62,581 bases of DNA from Rhodothermales bacterium (GTDB taxonomy: Bacteria; Bacteroidota; Rhodothermia; Rhodothermales; Bin80). The position numbers and the translations under genes are program-made. The stretch lies in the NCBI GenBank assembly GCA_022820435.1, contig JAJEFL010000009.1:1-62581 (forward strand), given 5' to 3'. The stretch's first letter is position 1. Each line of letters starts with the position of its first letter. The notes under the pieces were generated by a model. The model was not told the origin of the DNA, searched no databases, and worked only from the letters and a program-made list of their open reading frames with translations. This document shows, piece by piece, positions 1 through 9,987 of this stretch.

Positions 1-2030
1 TCGATTTGATGGGGAAGATTCCAGTCGGCAGGAAAAAAAGTCACGGTATGTCTGTCCAGAGTCAGATCCGGTTCGCCATCGGTGCCCGTATCATCCATGG
101 AAATCGTGACCGTGACATCCTCTGGCGGCCGCGCCGCCAGTTCAACCAGAAAGGTCGCCGATGCCGCTTCCGTCACCTCTACCGGGATGGGAGTAACCGT
201 GAGCCCGGGCGCGTCATCGTCAATGATCTCGATAAAAATAGATCCCCGCTCACGGTCATAGCCGCCTCCGCTTGCGGTCAGCCACAGTCTGCCTGAAGCG
301 TCTGAAAAATCATTATCGTCTACCGCCGTCACTGTTACTGTTTGCTCAGTATCCCAGTCCATGGAGGTGAAGGTCAGACTGGATGAGCTTACCGTCAAAA
401 ATCCTTCAGGAATGGGAATTGCGACCGTAACATCATTGGTTCCTATCGTTCCTGCAGGCGGATCCGAGAGTCTGACCGTAAAGTCTTTGCCTGCCTCTCC
501 TTCGTAAATCCGTAAACTTGATGGGTTAACGATCAGTCCTGGATCATCATCATCCTCAATTCGGATATGAATCGAATGTTTCACATCTCTGAATTCAGGT
601 GGTTCTGTGACGGCAAGAATCAAAGGAATTTGATCGTCCACATCATCGTTGTCATCCTTTGCACTAAATCTTATCGGTACTTTGTCGGAACATTGGGTAT
701 TTACGACCTGCCCTCGGCGGTTAACGGTGCAAGGATGCCAGGTGTCCGCATCAAAGATTAACATGTCCGGGTTTACCTCCAAATCCGTTCCTCGGTGCCC
801 CGTAATCGCAGAGATTGCGTTGACTTTGGGTTTGCTCCCGGTAAGTCGATAAGTAGTAGTTCTGCTAGAACCCTCTGGAATCAGGAATTCGTCTGGAGGC
901 CGATCCCAAAGGGTGACCTCCATAGTGTATTTTAAGCCACTGTAGCCTCCGCCTGAAGCCGTAAATGTCAGCGTGATATATTCATCCAGAAGATCGGCAT
1001 CCAATTTTGTTCCGAATATGAGGCGTTGATCGTTCCACCAGGAGTCTTTCGGGAAAGTCAGTTCTGTGTTTTGAGGGAGTAGATTGGTGTGCTCATGCCC
1101 TGTAATCGTGAAGATTACATCATCGGAAGGCGGGGCCAGTGCAGTCCAAAGTGGAATCGAGAAACTTCGGATACTACCTTCCTCAATCGTTCGAGGCGTG
1201 AGTGTCACCGGCCTTTCGTCGTCTATAATCGTCACCGTTGACTGTACCGGGGCCTGACTTATACCAGAGCCTGAATAGGTCTGCGTCAGTGTGATCGTTT
1301 CATCATCCGCATCAGGGTCTGAGGCCGCCGTGAACGTCAGGGGTTGCCCTACATCCCAGTTGGCAGAAGTAAAAGTAAGTGTCGTCGGGCTGATCGTTAA
1401 GGCTGAGCCTTCATGTCCGGTAATCGTGATCGTTACATCCACCGGGGGGCGCTGGGTAAGGTTAACGTCTTCGACCCGGGTATTCCCCTCCAAAATCATC
1501 GGTGAAATTCTAGCCTGCCTGTTTTTCTGTTGCAGGTTCTGCAAACGATTGCCCAGGAATCCGGTTGCATTCCCAGACGGATCAGGAGCATCTGCGGCTG
1601 AACGCTGCGGAGGAGTAAACGGGGCGGGAATCTTGGGAAAGAAGTTCCCCCGGGGGAGATTCAGTTCGCTGGACCTGGTGAATCCAGATGGATGAATGAT
1701 CTGTCCATCTTCGCCAATCAGCACAACCTGAAGACGGAGGGTTGTCTCATCGTTTCTTCCAGATTCTTGCGGGGTTGAATTTAAAAGGGATTCAGGAATT
1801 GGCACGGGAACCCGCTGAAGTTCAAGTTTCGGTGTCTGCTGCTGTGCCAGCGAAATGACAGGAAAAAACAGCACTAGAAGTCCCGCGACATGCAGGGACT
1901 GTCTGATGAAGGCCACAGGGCCGCAGCCTTGGTCACACGAAATGTGTTGGATCACTCCAGTGCCATTTTGAATTATGGAATCCATAGACATTGTACGAAA
2001 TTTATTCAGCAATGTCAACCTTCGGACCAT
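1..2030 (-). CDS. Large secreted beta-sandwich-repeat surface protein; only the N-terminal ~660-675 aa are present, as the gene runs off the window start
   Basis: Absent from the supplied ORF track because there is no stop inside the window. My hand translation of the minus strand is open from the TGA at 2045..2043 down to base 1. Candidate starts are ATG 2030, ATG 1991, ATG 1985 and GTG 1916. The N-terminus reads ...MSMDSIIQNGTGVIQHISCDQGCGPVAFIRQSLHVAGLLVLFFPVISLAQQQTPKLELQ, which is signal-peptide-like. It is followed by modules such as VDVTITITGHEGSALTISPTTLTFTSANWDVGQPLTFTAASDPDADDETITLTQ and VTVAIPIPEGFLTVSSSSLTFTSMDWDTEQTVTVTAVDDNDFSDASGRLWLTASGGGYDRE. These are the same ~105-aa module type as in the 47588..61243 protein. 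Confidence 0.8.
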   Translation of the reverse strand, partial: MVRRLTLLNKFRTMSMDSIIQNGTGVIQHISCDQGCGPVAFIRQSLHVAGLLVLFFPVISLAQQQTPKLELQRVPVPIPESLLNSTPQESGRNDETTLRLQVVLIGEDGQIIHPSGFTRSSELNLPRGNFFPKIPAPFTPPQRSAADAPDPSGNATGFLGNRLQNLQQKNRQARISPMILEGNTRVEDVNLTQRPPVDVTITITGHEGSALTISPTTLTFTSANWDVGQPLTFTAASDPDADDETITLTQTYSGSGISQAPVQSTVTIIDDERPVTLTPRTIEEGSIRSFSIPLWTALAPPSDDVIFTITGHEHTNLLPQNTELTFPKDSWWNDQRLIFGTKLDADLLDEYITLTFTASGGGYSGLKYTMEVTLWDRPPDEFLIPEGSSRTTTYRLTGSKPKVNAISAITGHRGTDLEVNPDMLIFDADTWHPCTVNRRGQVVNTQCSDKVPIRFSAKDDNDDVDDQIPLILAVTEPPEFRDVKHSIHIRIEDDDDPGLIVNPSSLRIYEGEAGKDFTVRLSDPPAGTIGTNDVTVAIPIPEGFLTVSSSSLTFTSMDWDTEQTVTVTAVDDNDFSDASGRLWLTASGGGYDRERGSIFIEIIDDDAPGLTVTPIPVEVTEAASATFLVELAARPPEDVTVTISMDDTGTDGEPDLTLDRHTVTFFPADWNLPHQI

Positions 2031-2551
2031 TCCGAAATACTTTCAGAGAACCGGGAACCGCAGGAAAATCTTGTAGCGCAGCAGAGTTTGATCTCCTTAT
2101 GCTCAACACATGAATATACAAACAGGAGCAATTTCTGTTCAGTCAGATGTGCGCACTGCCTGTCTGGATGACCGCCAAAAACGGACGACTATCCAAAAGA
2201 TGCCCCCCTAATCCGGACCGCAAAAATTGATTCTGCCGGATGGTTGTGGATAAAGATTCAGACCAATGCAGAAAAGAGGACAGCAGTGAGGATTCAAGTT
2301 ATTGATAATAATGTAGAGAAGGATCATGAGACGGTCCTCCTGACACGGACCGCAGTCACAGAATGCGTTGTGGGAATGGGCATAGGTGAGTGAAATTCAT
2401 TCTTCCAGGCGAGTCAAGGGCTTTCCCCGTTCCCTGTCTGGATCCAGTAGAGTACGAATCTGGAAACAGAAATTTCGGACGAATACGATCTTCGTGCACC
2501 GCCGCCCCATAGAAAGCTGATTTTTTCCTATTTTTACCGTGACATTTTAAA

Positions 2552-3196
2552 ATGCCGCGTTCAGGTTACTCTGACTATGTTGTTCAGGCGTATATTTCAA
2601 AAACTGAGTTCCCCATGTCTCTAATGGATCGAAGAACCGCATTACAGCGCATTGCTGTATTGATGGGAGGTGCGATTTCAGCATCTACGGCTGCCGGTGT
2701 TCTTGGCGGTTGCAGTGCCGGCGAAGAGGGGGCTGTCTTTAAAGCCCGTACTCTGACGCAGGGGCGTGATGAGTTGGTGGCGACGCTGTCCGAATTAATC
2801 ATTCCAGAAACGGATACGCCCGGGGCACGCGCAGCCAGGGTCCATGAGTTCGCAGATAATATGCTCACGGACTGGTACGATGAGGCGGAAACAGAGGAGT
2901 TTCTGGCAGGATTGGAAGATGTGCAGCAGCGTGCACATGAGCAGGGGGTAGCGTCCTTCACAGATCTGGATTCGGAGCAGCAGACGAAAATTCTGATCCA
3001 GATGGAGCAGGAGGCGGAACTCTGGCGGGAAAACGGAGAATCGGGGACGGCTCCCTTTTTTCAAACTGTGAAATCACTCACACTTTTTGGCTATTATACG
3101 TCCGAGGTGGGGGCAACGCAGGAATTGCGTGTCAACCCGATGGGAGTCTATAAGCCGGATATTCCTTTTTCGGAGATCGGCCGTGCATGGGCCTGA
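2552..3196 (+). CDS. Gluconate 2-dehydrogenase subunit 3 (gamma) family protein, Tat-signal
   Basis: The ORF track gives a 214-aa protein. It has the twin-arginine motif MDRRTALQRIAVLMGG (the likely true start is M at ~2615 or 2624). It also carries the family-typical LIIPETDTPGARAARVHEF and FFQTVKSLTLFGYYTSEVG motifs. Confidence 0.75.
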   Translation: MPRSGYSDYVVQAYISKTEFPMSLMDRRTALQRIAVLMGGAISASTAAGVLGGCSAGEEGAVFKARTLTQGRDELVATLSELIIPETDTPGARAARVHEFADNMLTDWYDEAETEEFLAGLEDVQQRAHEQGVASFTDLDSEQQTKILIQMEQEAELWRENGESGTAPFFQTVKSLTLFGYYTSEVGATQELRVNPMGVYKPDIPFSEIGRAWA

Positions 3197-3220
3197 TCAG
3201 GAACCTTAAGAATTTAATGC

Positions 3221-4090
3221 ATGATGAATAGACGAACGTTTTTGCAATCATCGGTGGCGCTTCCGGCAGCTGTGGGGGCCTTGGCCGGCTATACTTCGAA
3301 TCGCGCATCTGAATCCCGGGAATCAGAGGCATTGATGCCTCCGCGCTCCCCAGAGCGGATCGGAGTGCAATTGTACACGGTGAGACATCTGCTTTCCGAT
3401 GATTATAAGGGGACGATTCGAGCGGTCGCGGATGCGGGGTACGATGAAGTCGAAACCGTATGGGAGCCGGATCGCAATCCCGATGATATCCGTGCGCTCT
3501 TTGATGAACTTGGTTTAGCGGCACCATCGGGTCATGTTCCCCTAGGGGCGCTGAAAGATGACTTAGCAACGGTGCTGGATGCCTCCGGACGGATTGGGCA
3601 CTCGTATATCGTGTGCCCCTGGCTGAACGAAGATCAGCGTACGATGGCCCACTACAGAGAGTATGTGACCTTATTCAATGAGGTGGGGGCGGCATGCAGG
3701 GAGGTGGGAATTCAGTTTGCCTATCATAATCACGAATTTGAATTTGAGCCCGCCGAGGATGGAGTCATCCCCTATGACTTTATGCTGGATGAGATGGATC
3801 CTGACCTCGTGAAGATGGAACTGGACCTGTACTGGATTGTCTATGCAAACCGTGACCCGAATGAATACTTCCGGAAGTATTCGGGACAGTTCCCATTGTG
3901 TCACATCAAGGATATGGGGGCAGATCGCGAGATGACTCCGGTGGGTGAAGGTCAGATTGATTTTGGTGCAATCCTGGCAGAAAGCGAAACGGCCGGGCTC
4001 AAGCACTATTTCGTGGAGCACGATCATCCCGGGGATGCTCTGGCAAGTATTCGCACCAGTATTGCTCATCTAAGATCTCTGGAATTCTAA
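3221..4090 (+). CDS. Sugar phosphate isomerase/epimerase (xylose isomerase-like TIM barrel), Tat-signal
   Basis: A 289-aa ORF with the N-terminal motif MMNRRTFLQSSVALPAAVGALAG. TIM-barrel hallmarks are present: IGVQLYTVR, YDEVE, FAYHNHEFEF, LDLYW and HIKD. Confidence 0.85.
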   Translation: MMNRRTFLQSSVALPAAVGALAGYTSNRASESRESEALMPPRSPERIGVQLYTVRHLLSDDYKGTIRAVADAGYDEVETVWEPDRNPDDIRALFDELGLAAPSGHVPLGALKDDLATVLDASGRIGHSYIVCPWLNEDQRTMAHYREYVTLFNEVGAACREVGIQFAYHNHEFEFEPAEDGVIPYDFMLDEMDPDLVKMELDLYWIVYANRDPNEYFRKYSGQFPLCHIKDMGADREMTPVGEGQIDFGAILAESETAGLKHYFVEHDHPGDALASIRTSIAHLRSLEF

Positions 4091-4091
4091 A

Positions 4092-5255
4092 ATGGGGTTA
4101 GACCGAAAGCTTCGCTATGGTATGGTTGGCGGCGGTCCGGGTGCATTTATCGGGAATGTGCACCGGATGGCGGCTTCCCTTGACGGAACGATGGAGCTGG
4201 TTGCGGGCGCGTTCTCCTCGGATCCAGAGAAATCCAGGGCACAGGGAAAGGAGCTGGGGCTGGCCTCTGAGCGTTCTTATGGCTCCTTTACGGAGATGGC
4301 CGAGATGGAAGCCGCGCGTGAGGATCGCATTGATTTTGTCTCTATTGTGACCCCGAACCATATGCATTTTCCAGTTGCCAAGACGTTTCTTGAGGCAGGC
4401 TTTCATGTGATATGTGACAAGCCGATGACTAATACGCTGGCCGACGCGGAGGCATTGTGTGATCTGGTACGCAGGCATGATCGTGTATTTGCGCTTACGC
4501 ATAATTATACCGGTTATCCGATGGTTAAACAGGCACGCGCCATGATCCAGGAGGGCAGGATTGGGGCGGTTCGCAAGATTGTGGTTGAATATCCGCAGGG
4601 ATGGCTGGCAACCCCGCTTGAGCGCACTGGCCATAAGCAGGCCGGCTGGCGCACCGATCCGATCCGCGCCGGTGCAGGAGCACTGGGAGATATTGGATCC
4701 CATGCAGAAAACCTCGCCCGGTACATGACCGGGCTTGAACTTGAAGCATTATGTGCAGATGTCTCCACGTTTGTGGAAGGCCGGATAATTGATGATGATG
4801 TGAATATGCTGGTTCATTATCAGGGAGGTGCCCGGGGCGTATTACATGCATCCCAGATCTCGGTCGGAGAGGAGAACAACCTGAATATTCGGGTGCACGG
4901 CGAGACGGGATCCCTTCAGTGGTTCCAGGAACATCCAAATTGGCTCTATTATCGGGACCTGGATGGCCCTGAGCAGGTCTTCAAGCGCGGGAATGAGTAC
5001 CTGTCCGCGGCAGCGCAGCACAGCAGCCGTCTTCCAAGCGGTCATCCAGAGGCATTTCTTGAAGCGTTTGCCAATATTTACCTGAATGCAGGCAGAACGA
5101 TTGCGGCCTGCGAGGCGGGAGAGGCACCTGCACCGCAGGACTTGGATTTTCCTAGCGTGCAGGATGGGGCCCGGGGGGTCCATTTCATCCTCACTGCACT
5201 GGAGAGCGGAAAGTGCAGGGAATGGGTTGATGCCAGTTACACCCCCCCTGCATAA
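4092..5255 (+). CDS. Gfo/Idh/MocA family oxidoreductase (no signal peptide)
   Basis: A 387-aa ORF with an N-terminal Rossmann motif ([15 protein letters not shown]) and the EKP-like CDKPM motif. The ATG lies 1 nt after the upstream TAA, which suggests operon coupling. Confidence 0.9.
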   Translation: MGLDRKLRYGMVGGGPGAFIGNVHRMAASLDGTMELVAGAFSSDPEKSRAQGKELGLASERSYGSFTEMAEMEAAREDRIDFVSIVTPNHMHFPVAKTFLEAGFHVICDKPMTNTLADAEALCDLVRRHDRVFALTHNYTGYPMVKQARAMIQEGRIGAVRKIVVEYPQGWLATPLERTGHKQAGWRTDPIRAGAGALGDIGSHAENLARYMTGLELEALCADVSTFVEGRIIDDDVNMLVHYQGGARGVLHASQISVGEENNLNIRVHGETGSLQWFQEHPNWLYYRDLDGPEQVFKRGNEYLSAAAQHSSRLPSGHPEAFLEAFANIYLNAGRTIAACEAGEAPAPQDLDFPSVQDGARGVHFILTALESGKCREWVDASYTPPA

Positions 5256-5272
5256 GCCGGGGCAGTTCATGC

Positions 5273-6346
5273 ATGCACAGCGTATCCGATGTTCCTTTAA
5301 GCGTTACACGGGTATTGATTTCTATTTCGTCAGATTCAATTATATACATGGCACGTCCAGTCACTTTATTTACCGGTCAATGGGCCGATCTAACACTTGA
5401 AACACTTGCAGCAAAGGCCGCATCATGGGGCTATGATGGGCTGGAGCTTGCGTGCTGGGGGGATCATTTTGATGTCCAGCGGGCGCTCCGGGACCCTGAT
5501 TACTGCCAAGGCAGGCATGACCTTCTTGCCCGGTATGGCCTGAACGTCCATGCGATCAGCAACCACCTGGTCGGGCAGGCGGTCTGCGATCATGTGGATG
5601 AGCGCCATAAAGCGATCCTCCCGCCTCATGTATGGGGCGATGGGAATTTTTCCGAGGTTCAGGAGCGTGCGGCAAAGGAAATGCAGGATACCGCCCGCGC
5701 GGCCGCGAAACTGGGAGTCAAGGTGGTCAATGGTTTTACCGGCAGCAGTATCTGGCCGCTCCTTTACTCGTTTCCTCCGAATGACCCGGCAATGATTGAT
5801 GCGGGGTTTCAGGATTTTGCAGATCGCTGGAACCCCATTCTGGATGTCTTTGATGAGGTCGGGGTCCGGTTTGGCCTGGAAGTACATCCAACGGAAATCG
5901 CCTTTGATATTGCAAGCAGTGCACGCGCACTGGAAGCAATCGGGCATCGGGAAGCGTTTGGATTTAACTATGACCCGAGTCACCTTGGGTATCAGGGGGT
6001 GGATTATGTGGCGTTCATTGACCGCTTCGCAGATCGGATTTATCACACGCACATGAAGGATGTCTGGTGGTCCGACCGGCTGACTTCGGCAGGGGTATTT
6101 GGGGGGCACACAGATTTTGGTGCGCCAGGGCGTTTCTGGGACTTCCGCTCAATTGGTCGCGGATCCATCAATTTTGAGGAGATCATCCGTGCATTGAACC
6201 GAATCAACTACAATGGACCGCTCTCCATTGAGTGGGAGGATATTGGCATGGATCGGGAAGCGGGTGCTTCCGAGGCCTGCGCATTCGTTAAAAGGGTAGA
6301 CTTTAAGCCGTCAGGTGCGGCATTTGATGCAGCGTTTGCGAACTGA
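5273..6346 (+). CDS. Sugar phosphate isomerase/epimerase (TIM barrel), cytoplasmic
   Basis: A 357-aa maximal ORF; the likely start is [15 protein letters not shown] at ~5348. Supporting motifs are [26 protein letters not shown] and HTHMKD. Confidence 0.85.
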   Translation: MHSVSDVPLSVTRVLISISSDSIIYMARPVTLFTGQWADLTLETLAAKAASWGYDGLELACWGDHFDVQRALRDPDYCQGRHDLLARYGLNVHAISNHLVGQAVCDHVDERHKAILPPHVWGDGNFSEVQERAAKEMQDTARAAAKLGVKVVNGFTGSSIWPLLYSFPPNDPAMIDAGFQDFADRWNPILDVFDEVGVRFGLEVHPTEIAFDIASSARALEAIGHREAFGFNYDPSHLGYQGVDYVAFIDRFADRIYHTHMKDVWWSDRLTSAGVFGGHTDFGAPGRFWDFRSIGRGSINFEEIIRALNRINYNGPLSIEWEDIGMDREAGASEACAFVKRVDFKPSGAAFDAAFAN

Positions 6347-7307
6347 GATCGCTGCTGTTTTGTGGGTCGGCTTCGGAGTTGGAACCGCAGTCGCACAGCC
6401 GGAACCGGGAATGATTACGGACACAATCCCAGGAACCGGGGTGTATTTTACGATGGCTGGAGTGCAGGGAGGGACGTTTCTGATGGGGACTCCGGAAGAT
6501 GAGGCGGGACGGGATGCGGATGAGGGCCCCCGGCGCACCATCACCGTATCGCCGTTCTATATCGGTGTGCACGAGGTGACGTATGACGAGTTTCTTCTCT
6601 TTGCAAGCCTGGATCGTGACAGTCCTCAAGGCGCAGGGGGGACTGATTTTGATCCAGAGTTGATTGCGCGTCCAAGTCCTCCGTATGAGGATCCGGCGCA
6701 TGGTATGGGGACCAATGGATATCCGGCGGTTGGCATGACACAGTGGAGTGCACTTCAGTATACGCACTGGCTTTCCATCAAGACGGGTATTTTCTACAGG
6801 CTGCCGACCGAAGCGGAATGGGAGTATGCCTGTCGCGCAGGAACCTCCTCTGCATTCAGTTTTGGAGAGACGGCAGATTCCCTTGATCATTTTGCGTGGT
6901 ACGACGGCAACAGCAATGAGACGTATCAGCAGGTTGGGACCAAAGCGCCGAATTCATGGGGGCTTTATGACATGCACGGTAACGTTGCCGAATGGACACT
7001 GGATGAGTACAGTGGAGTTTTTTATGAGGGGTTGGAGGGACCATCTTCGGAAGATCCATGGAATCCGCCGACCCGTCTCCATCCGCGTACGGTCCGGGGC
7101 GGAGCCTACGATGATGCTCCAGAAGCATTGCGCTGTGGGGCGCGGCTCCGCTCCGATCTGGACTGGAAGCGTCGGGATCCACAGATTCCGCGATCCATGT
7201 GGTGGAATACAGACTCTCCCTTTGTCGGGTTTCGGATTGTCCGCCCCTATATTCAGCCGACCGAAGAGGAACAGCGGGAATTCTGGGCAAACGCACTGGG
7301 CGGGTAA
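6315..7307 (+). CDS. Formylglycine-generating enzyme (FGE-sulfatase/SUMF1) family protein, secreted
   Basis: A 330-aa ORF with a signal-like N-terminus ([16 protein letters not shown]). Family motifs are [48 protein letters not shown] and GFRIVRP. It overlaps the upstream gene by 20-32 nt. Confidence 0.85.
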   Translation: MRHLMQRLRTEIAAVLWVGFGVGTAVAQPEPGMITDTIPGTGVYFTMAGVQGGTFLMGTPEDEAGRDADEGPRRTITVSPFYIGVHEVTYDEFLLFASLDRDSPQGAGGTDFDPELIARPSPPYEDPAHGMGTNGYPAVGMTQWSALQYTHWLSIKTGIFYRLPTEAEWEYACRAGTSSAFSFGETADSLDHFAWYDGNSNETYQQVGTKAPNSWGLYDMHGNVAEWTLDEYSGVFYEGLEGPSSEDPWNPPTRLHPRTVRGGAYDDAPEALRCGARLRSDLDWKRRDPQIPRSMWWNTDSPFVGFRIVRPYIQPTEEEQREFWANALGG

Positions 7308-7313
7308 TATCCG

Positions 7314-8714
7314 TTGTATTTCTTAAATTGCATTACACGAAATCAGAATACCATGAATCAATCCATGAATTCTTTCCATCGCCGGGACTTTGTCAAGAGT
7401 GGAGTGGCCGCCGTGGTTGGCGGCTCGGTTGCCGGTCAGTTTCCGATGCACGCCAGTGCTTTCTATGGCATGGACGATACGATCCGGGTGGGGCTGATCG
7501 GCTGTGGTGGAAGGGGAACCGGTGCGGCGCTTCAGGCACTGAAAGCGGCCGCAAACACAAAACTGGTGGCCATGGCAGATGCATTCAGCGACCGTATCGA
7601 AGAGAGTCATAAAAATATGATGGAGCCGGAAGAGGCGGACGAAGCAACCATGGATGCAATCCGCCGGATTGACGTGCCGGCAGAGATGCGCTTTGACGGT
7701 TTTGACGGATACAAAGAGGTCATCGCTGCCTCGGATGTGATTATTCTGACGACACCGCCAGGTTTTCGTCCTCTGCATTTTGAGGCGGCCGTTGAGGCGG
7801 GAAAACATGTCTTCATGGAGAAGCCGGTTGCCACAGATGCTCCAGGTATACGTCAGGTACTGGCGACTGCTGAAAAGGCAAAGCAGAAGAAATTAAATGT
7901 TGTGGTGGGACTGCAACGCCATTATCAAACGGTGTACCGTAAGTGGGTGGAGCAAATTCATGCGGGTGCAATCGGGGATATTATTCTAGGCCGCGTCTAT
8001 TGGAACAGCGGCGGTGTATGGGTTCGCTCCCGCGCAGAGTATGAAGAGAAAGCCGGGCGCCCCCTCACTGAGATGGAATATCAGATGCGTAACTGGTATT
8101 ACTTCAACTGGCTTTGCGGTGACCACATCGTAGAGCAGCATATTCACAACATTGATATTGGAAACTGGGTAAAGAAGGGACATCCTGTGAAAGCACAGGG
8201 GCAGGGAGGACGTCTGGTTCGCACAGGTCTGGATCATGGAGAAATCTATGATCACCACTTCGTTGAATTTGAATATGAGGATGGGAGCCGCATACTGAGT
8301 CAGTGCCGGCATATTCCAGATTGCATGAATCGGGTATCAGAGGCCTTTCACGGTACATCTGGGACTGCACCGTCACCGGGTGAACTCTATGATGCCTCTG
8401 GGTCTGCGATTCTCAAGCACAACAGCAAGGACGATCCCAACCCCTATCAGGTGGAGCATGACGAACTTTTTGCGGCGATTAACGCCGGGGAATTCCAGTA
8501 TGCGGATACAGAGAACGGGGCGATTGCAACGATGAGTTCCATCCTTGGCCGGATGGCGACCTATTCCGGTAAGGTAATCACCTGGGAGGAGGCGATGGCC
8601 AGTGATCTGGATTTGATGCCTGAGAAATTTGCATGGGATGCGGATCCTCCGGTTCTGCCAGATGCCGAAGGGCGTTACGAAATTCCAATGCCTGGTATAA
8701 CGAAGGCATTTTAG
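7314..8714 (+). CDS. Gfo/Idh/MocA family oxidoreductase, Tat-signal (periplasmic type)
   Basis: A 466-aa maximal ORF with a likely start at MNQSMNSFHRRDFVKSG (~7353). Supporting motifs are the Rossmann GLIGCGGRGTGAA, plus EKPV and IVEQHIHNIDIGNW. It is a paralogue of 14134..15441. Confidence 0.9.
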   Translation: MYFLNCITRNQNTMNQSMNSFHRRDFVKSGVAAVVGGSVAGQFPMHASAFYGMDDTIRVGLIGCGGRGTGAALQALKAAANTKLVAMADAFSDRIEESHKNMMEPEEADEATMDAIRRIDVPAEMRFDGFDGYKEVIAASDVIILTTPPGFRPLHFEAAVEAGKHVFMEKPVATDAPGIRQVLATAEKAKQKKLNVVVGLQRHYQTVYRKWVEQIHAGAIGDIILGRVYWNSGGVWVRSRAEYEEKAGRPLTEMEYQMRNWYYFNWLCGDHIVEQHIHNIDIGNWVKKGHPVKAQGQGGRLVRTGLDHGEIYDHHFVEFEYEDGSRILSQCRHIPDCMNRVSEAFHGTSGTAPSPGELYDASGSAILKHNSKDDPNPYQVEHDELFAAINAGEFQYADTENGAIATMSSILGRMATYSGKVITWEEAMASDLDLMPEKFAWDADPPVLPDAEGRYEIPMPGITKAF

Positions 8715-8910
8715 CCGGTTCGTGTGATTGAGTCCGGTCATAAGCGGATCACTGCTGCCGTATCCGGTTGGTTATCCGAAGTGAGGTGCTCGATGCTTTG
8801 GACAGCGTCTCAGAAGCCGTCCATGCGTGATCAGTGGATGCGTCCTTCGGCATGTCCGTAACTGGAGAGAGTTGTAGTGCCGGACATCCAATCAGATCAC
8901 CCTTGAATTC

Positions 8911-9936
8911 GTGCTAATGAAGGTTGCTGTAATGAGACGGCTCCCGGTGCGGATGATCATGCCGGTTATGCTGATCAGTTTGATCACAGCGATGGGGGCA
9001 GGTGGTCAGACTCCGAAGCGCCTGACATTCAAAAAACCTCTGATGGGTACAGAGGTCCGTATTGTCCTCTATGCGGCGGATTCAATTGCGGCATTCAAAG
9101 CAGTGGAATCTGCCTTCGCCCGTATGGAGGATCTCAATCAGTCCCTGAGTGATTATCTGACCGAGAGTGATGTGAGCCGTCTCTCGAATACGTATAATCA
9201 ATCGGTGCAAATCCCTGATGATCTGTGGCAGGTACTCGTTACTGCACAGGAGATTGCTCATGCATCTGAGGGGGCATTTGACGTAACGGCGGGGCCTCTG
9301 ACACGGTTATGGCGTCAAGCTATGCGAAGGTCGGTGCTTCCAGATTCTGCGGATCTAGACGAAGCCAGAACGGCGGTGGGGTATGAGTTTCTGGAATTAA
9401 ATATGGATACGCAAACCGCACGGTTAAACAGGGAACGTATGCGGCTTGACCTTGGGGGGATTGCAAAAGGATACGCAGCGGATCAGGCACTGGAGATTCT
9501 TGTTCAGAACGGATTTCCAAGTGCTGCTGTAGATGTGGGAGGTGATATTGCCGTGGGAAAAGCACCTCCAGATTCAGATGGATGGAGGATTCAGGTATTT
9601 ACGGGGATGTCCGAAACGGGGGAAATGATTCTGAAAAACTGCGGGATTGCCGTTTCGGGAGATTCTTATCGGTATCTGGATTATCGCGGAGTGAGATATT
9701 CTCACATTATTGATCCGAAGACCGGGTATGGAGTGATGCATGAGAGGAAAGTTGCGGTAATTGCTCCTAGCGCCATGATTGCGGATGCGTGGGCATCCGC
9801 GTACGGTGTAATGGAGTGGCAGGCAGTTTCTTACAGCATACAGGAGCAAGATGGTTTGAGTATCCAGATGGCAGAGCCGGATGGAGCCGGTCTTAAGGAG
9901 TTGAAAACGGGCGCGTTTCTAGATACGATACCGTAA
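8911..9936 (+). CDS. apbE: FAD:protein FMN transferase ApbE
   Basis: A 341-aa ORF with a signal/anchor N-terminus. ApbE motifs are present: LMGTEVRIVLY, FDVTAGPL, DLGGIAKGYAADQA, VDVGGDI and SHIIDPKTG. Confidence 0.85.
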   Translation: MLMKVAVMRRLPVRMIMPVMLISLITAMGAGGQTPKRLTFKKPLMGTEVRIVLYAADSIAAFKAVESAFARMEDLNQSLSDYLTESDVSRLSNTYNQSVQIPDDLWQVLVTAQEIAHASEGAFDVTAGPLTRLWRQAMRRSVLPDSADLDEARTAVGYEFLELNMDTQTARLNRERMRLDLGGIAKGYAADQALEILVQNGFPSAAVDVGGDIAVGKAPPDSDGWRIQVFTGMSETGEMILKNCGIAVSGDSYRYLDYRGVRYSHIIDPKTGYGVMHERKVAVIAPSAMIADAWASAYGVMEWQAVSYSIQEQDGLSIQMAEPDGAGLKELKTGAFLDTIP

Positions 9937-9987
9937 ATAATCTTGAAAATTGCATCGCTTTTTGTGTGGACACGCATCTTTGTCCCG

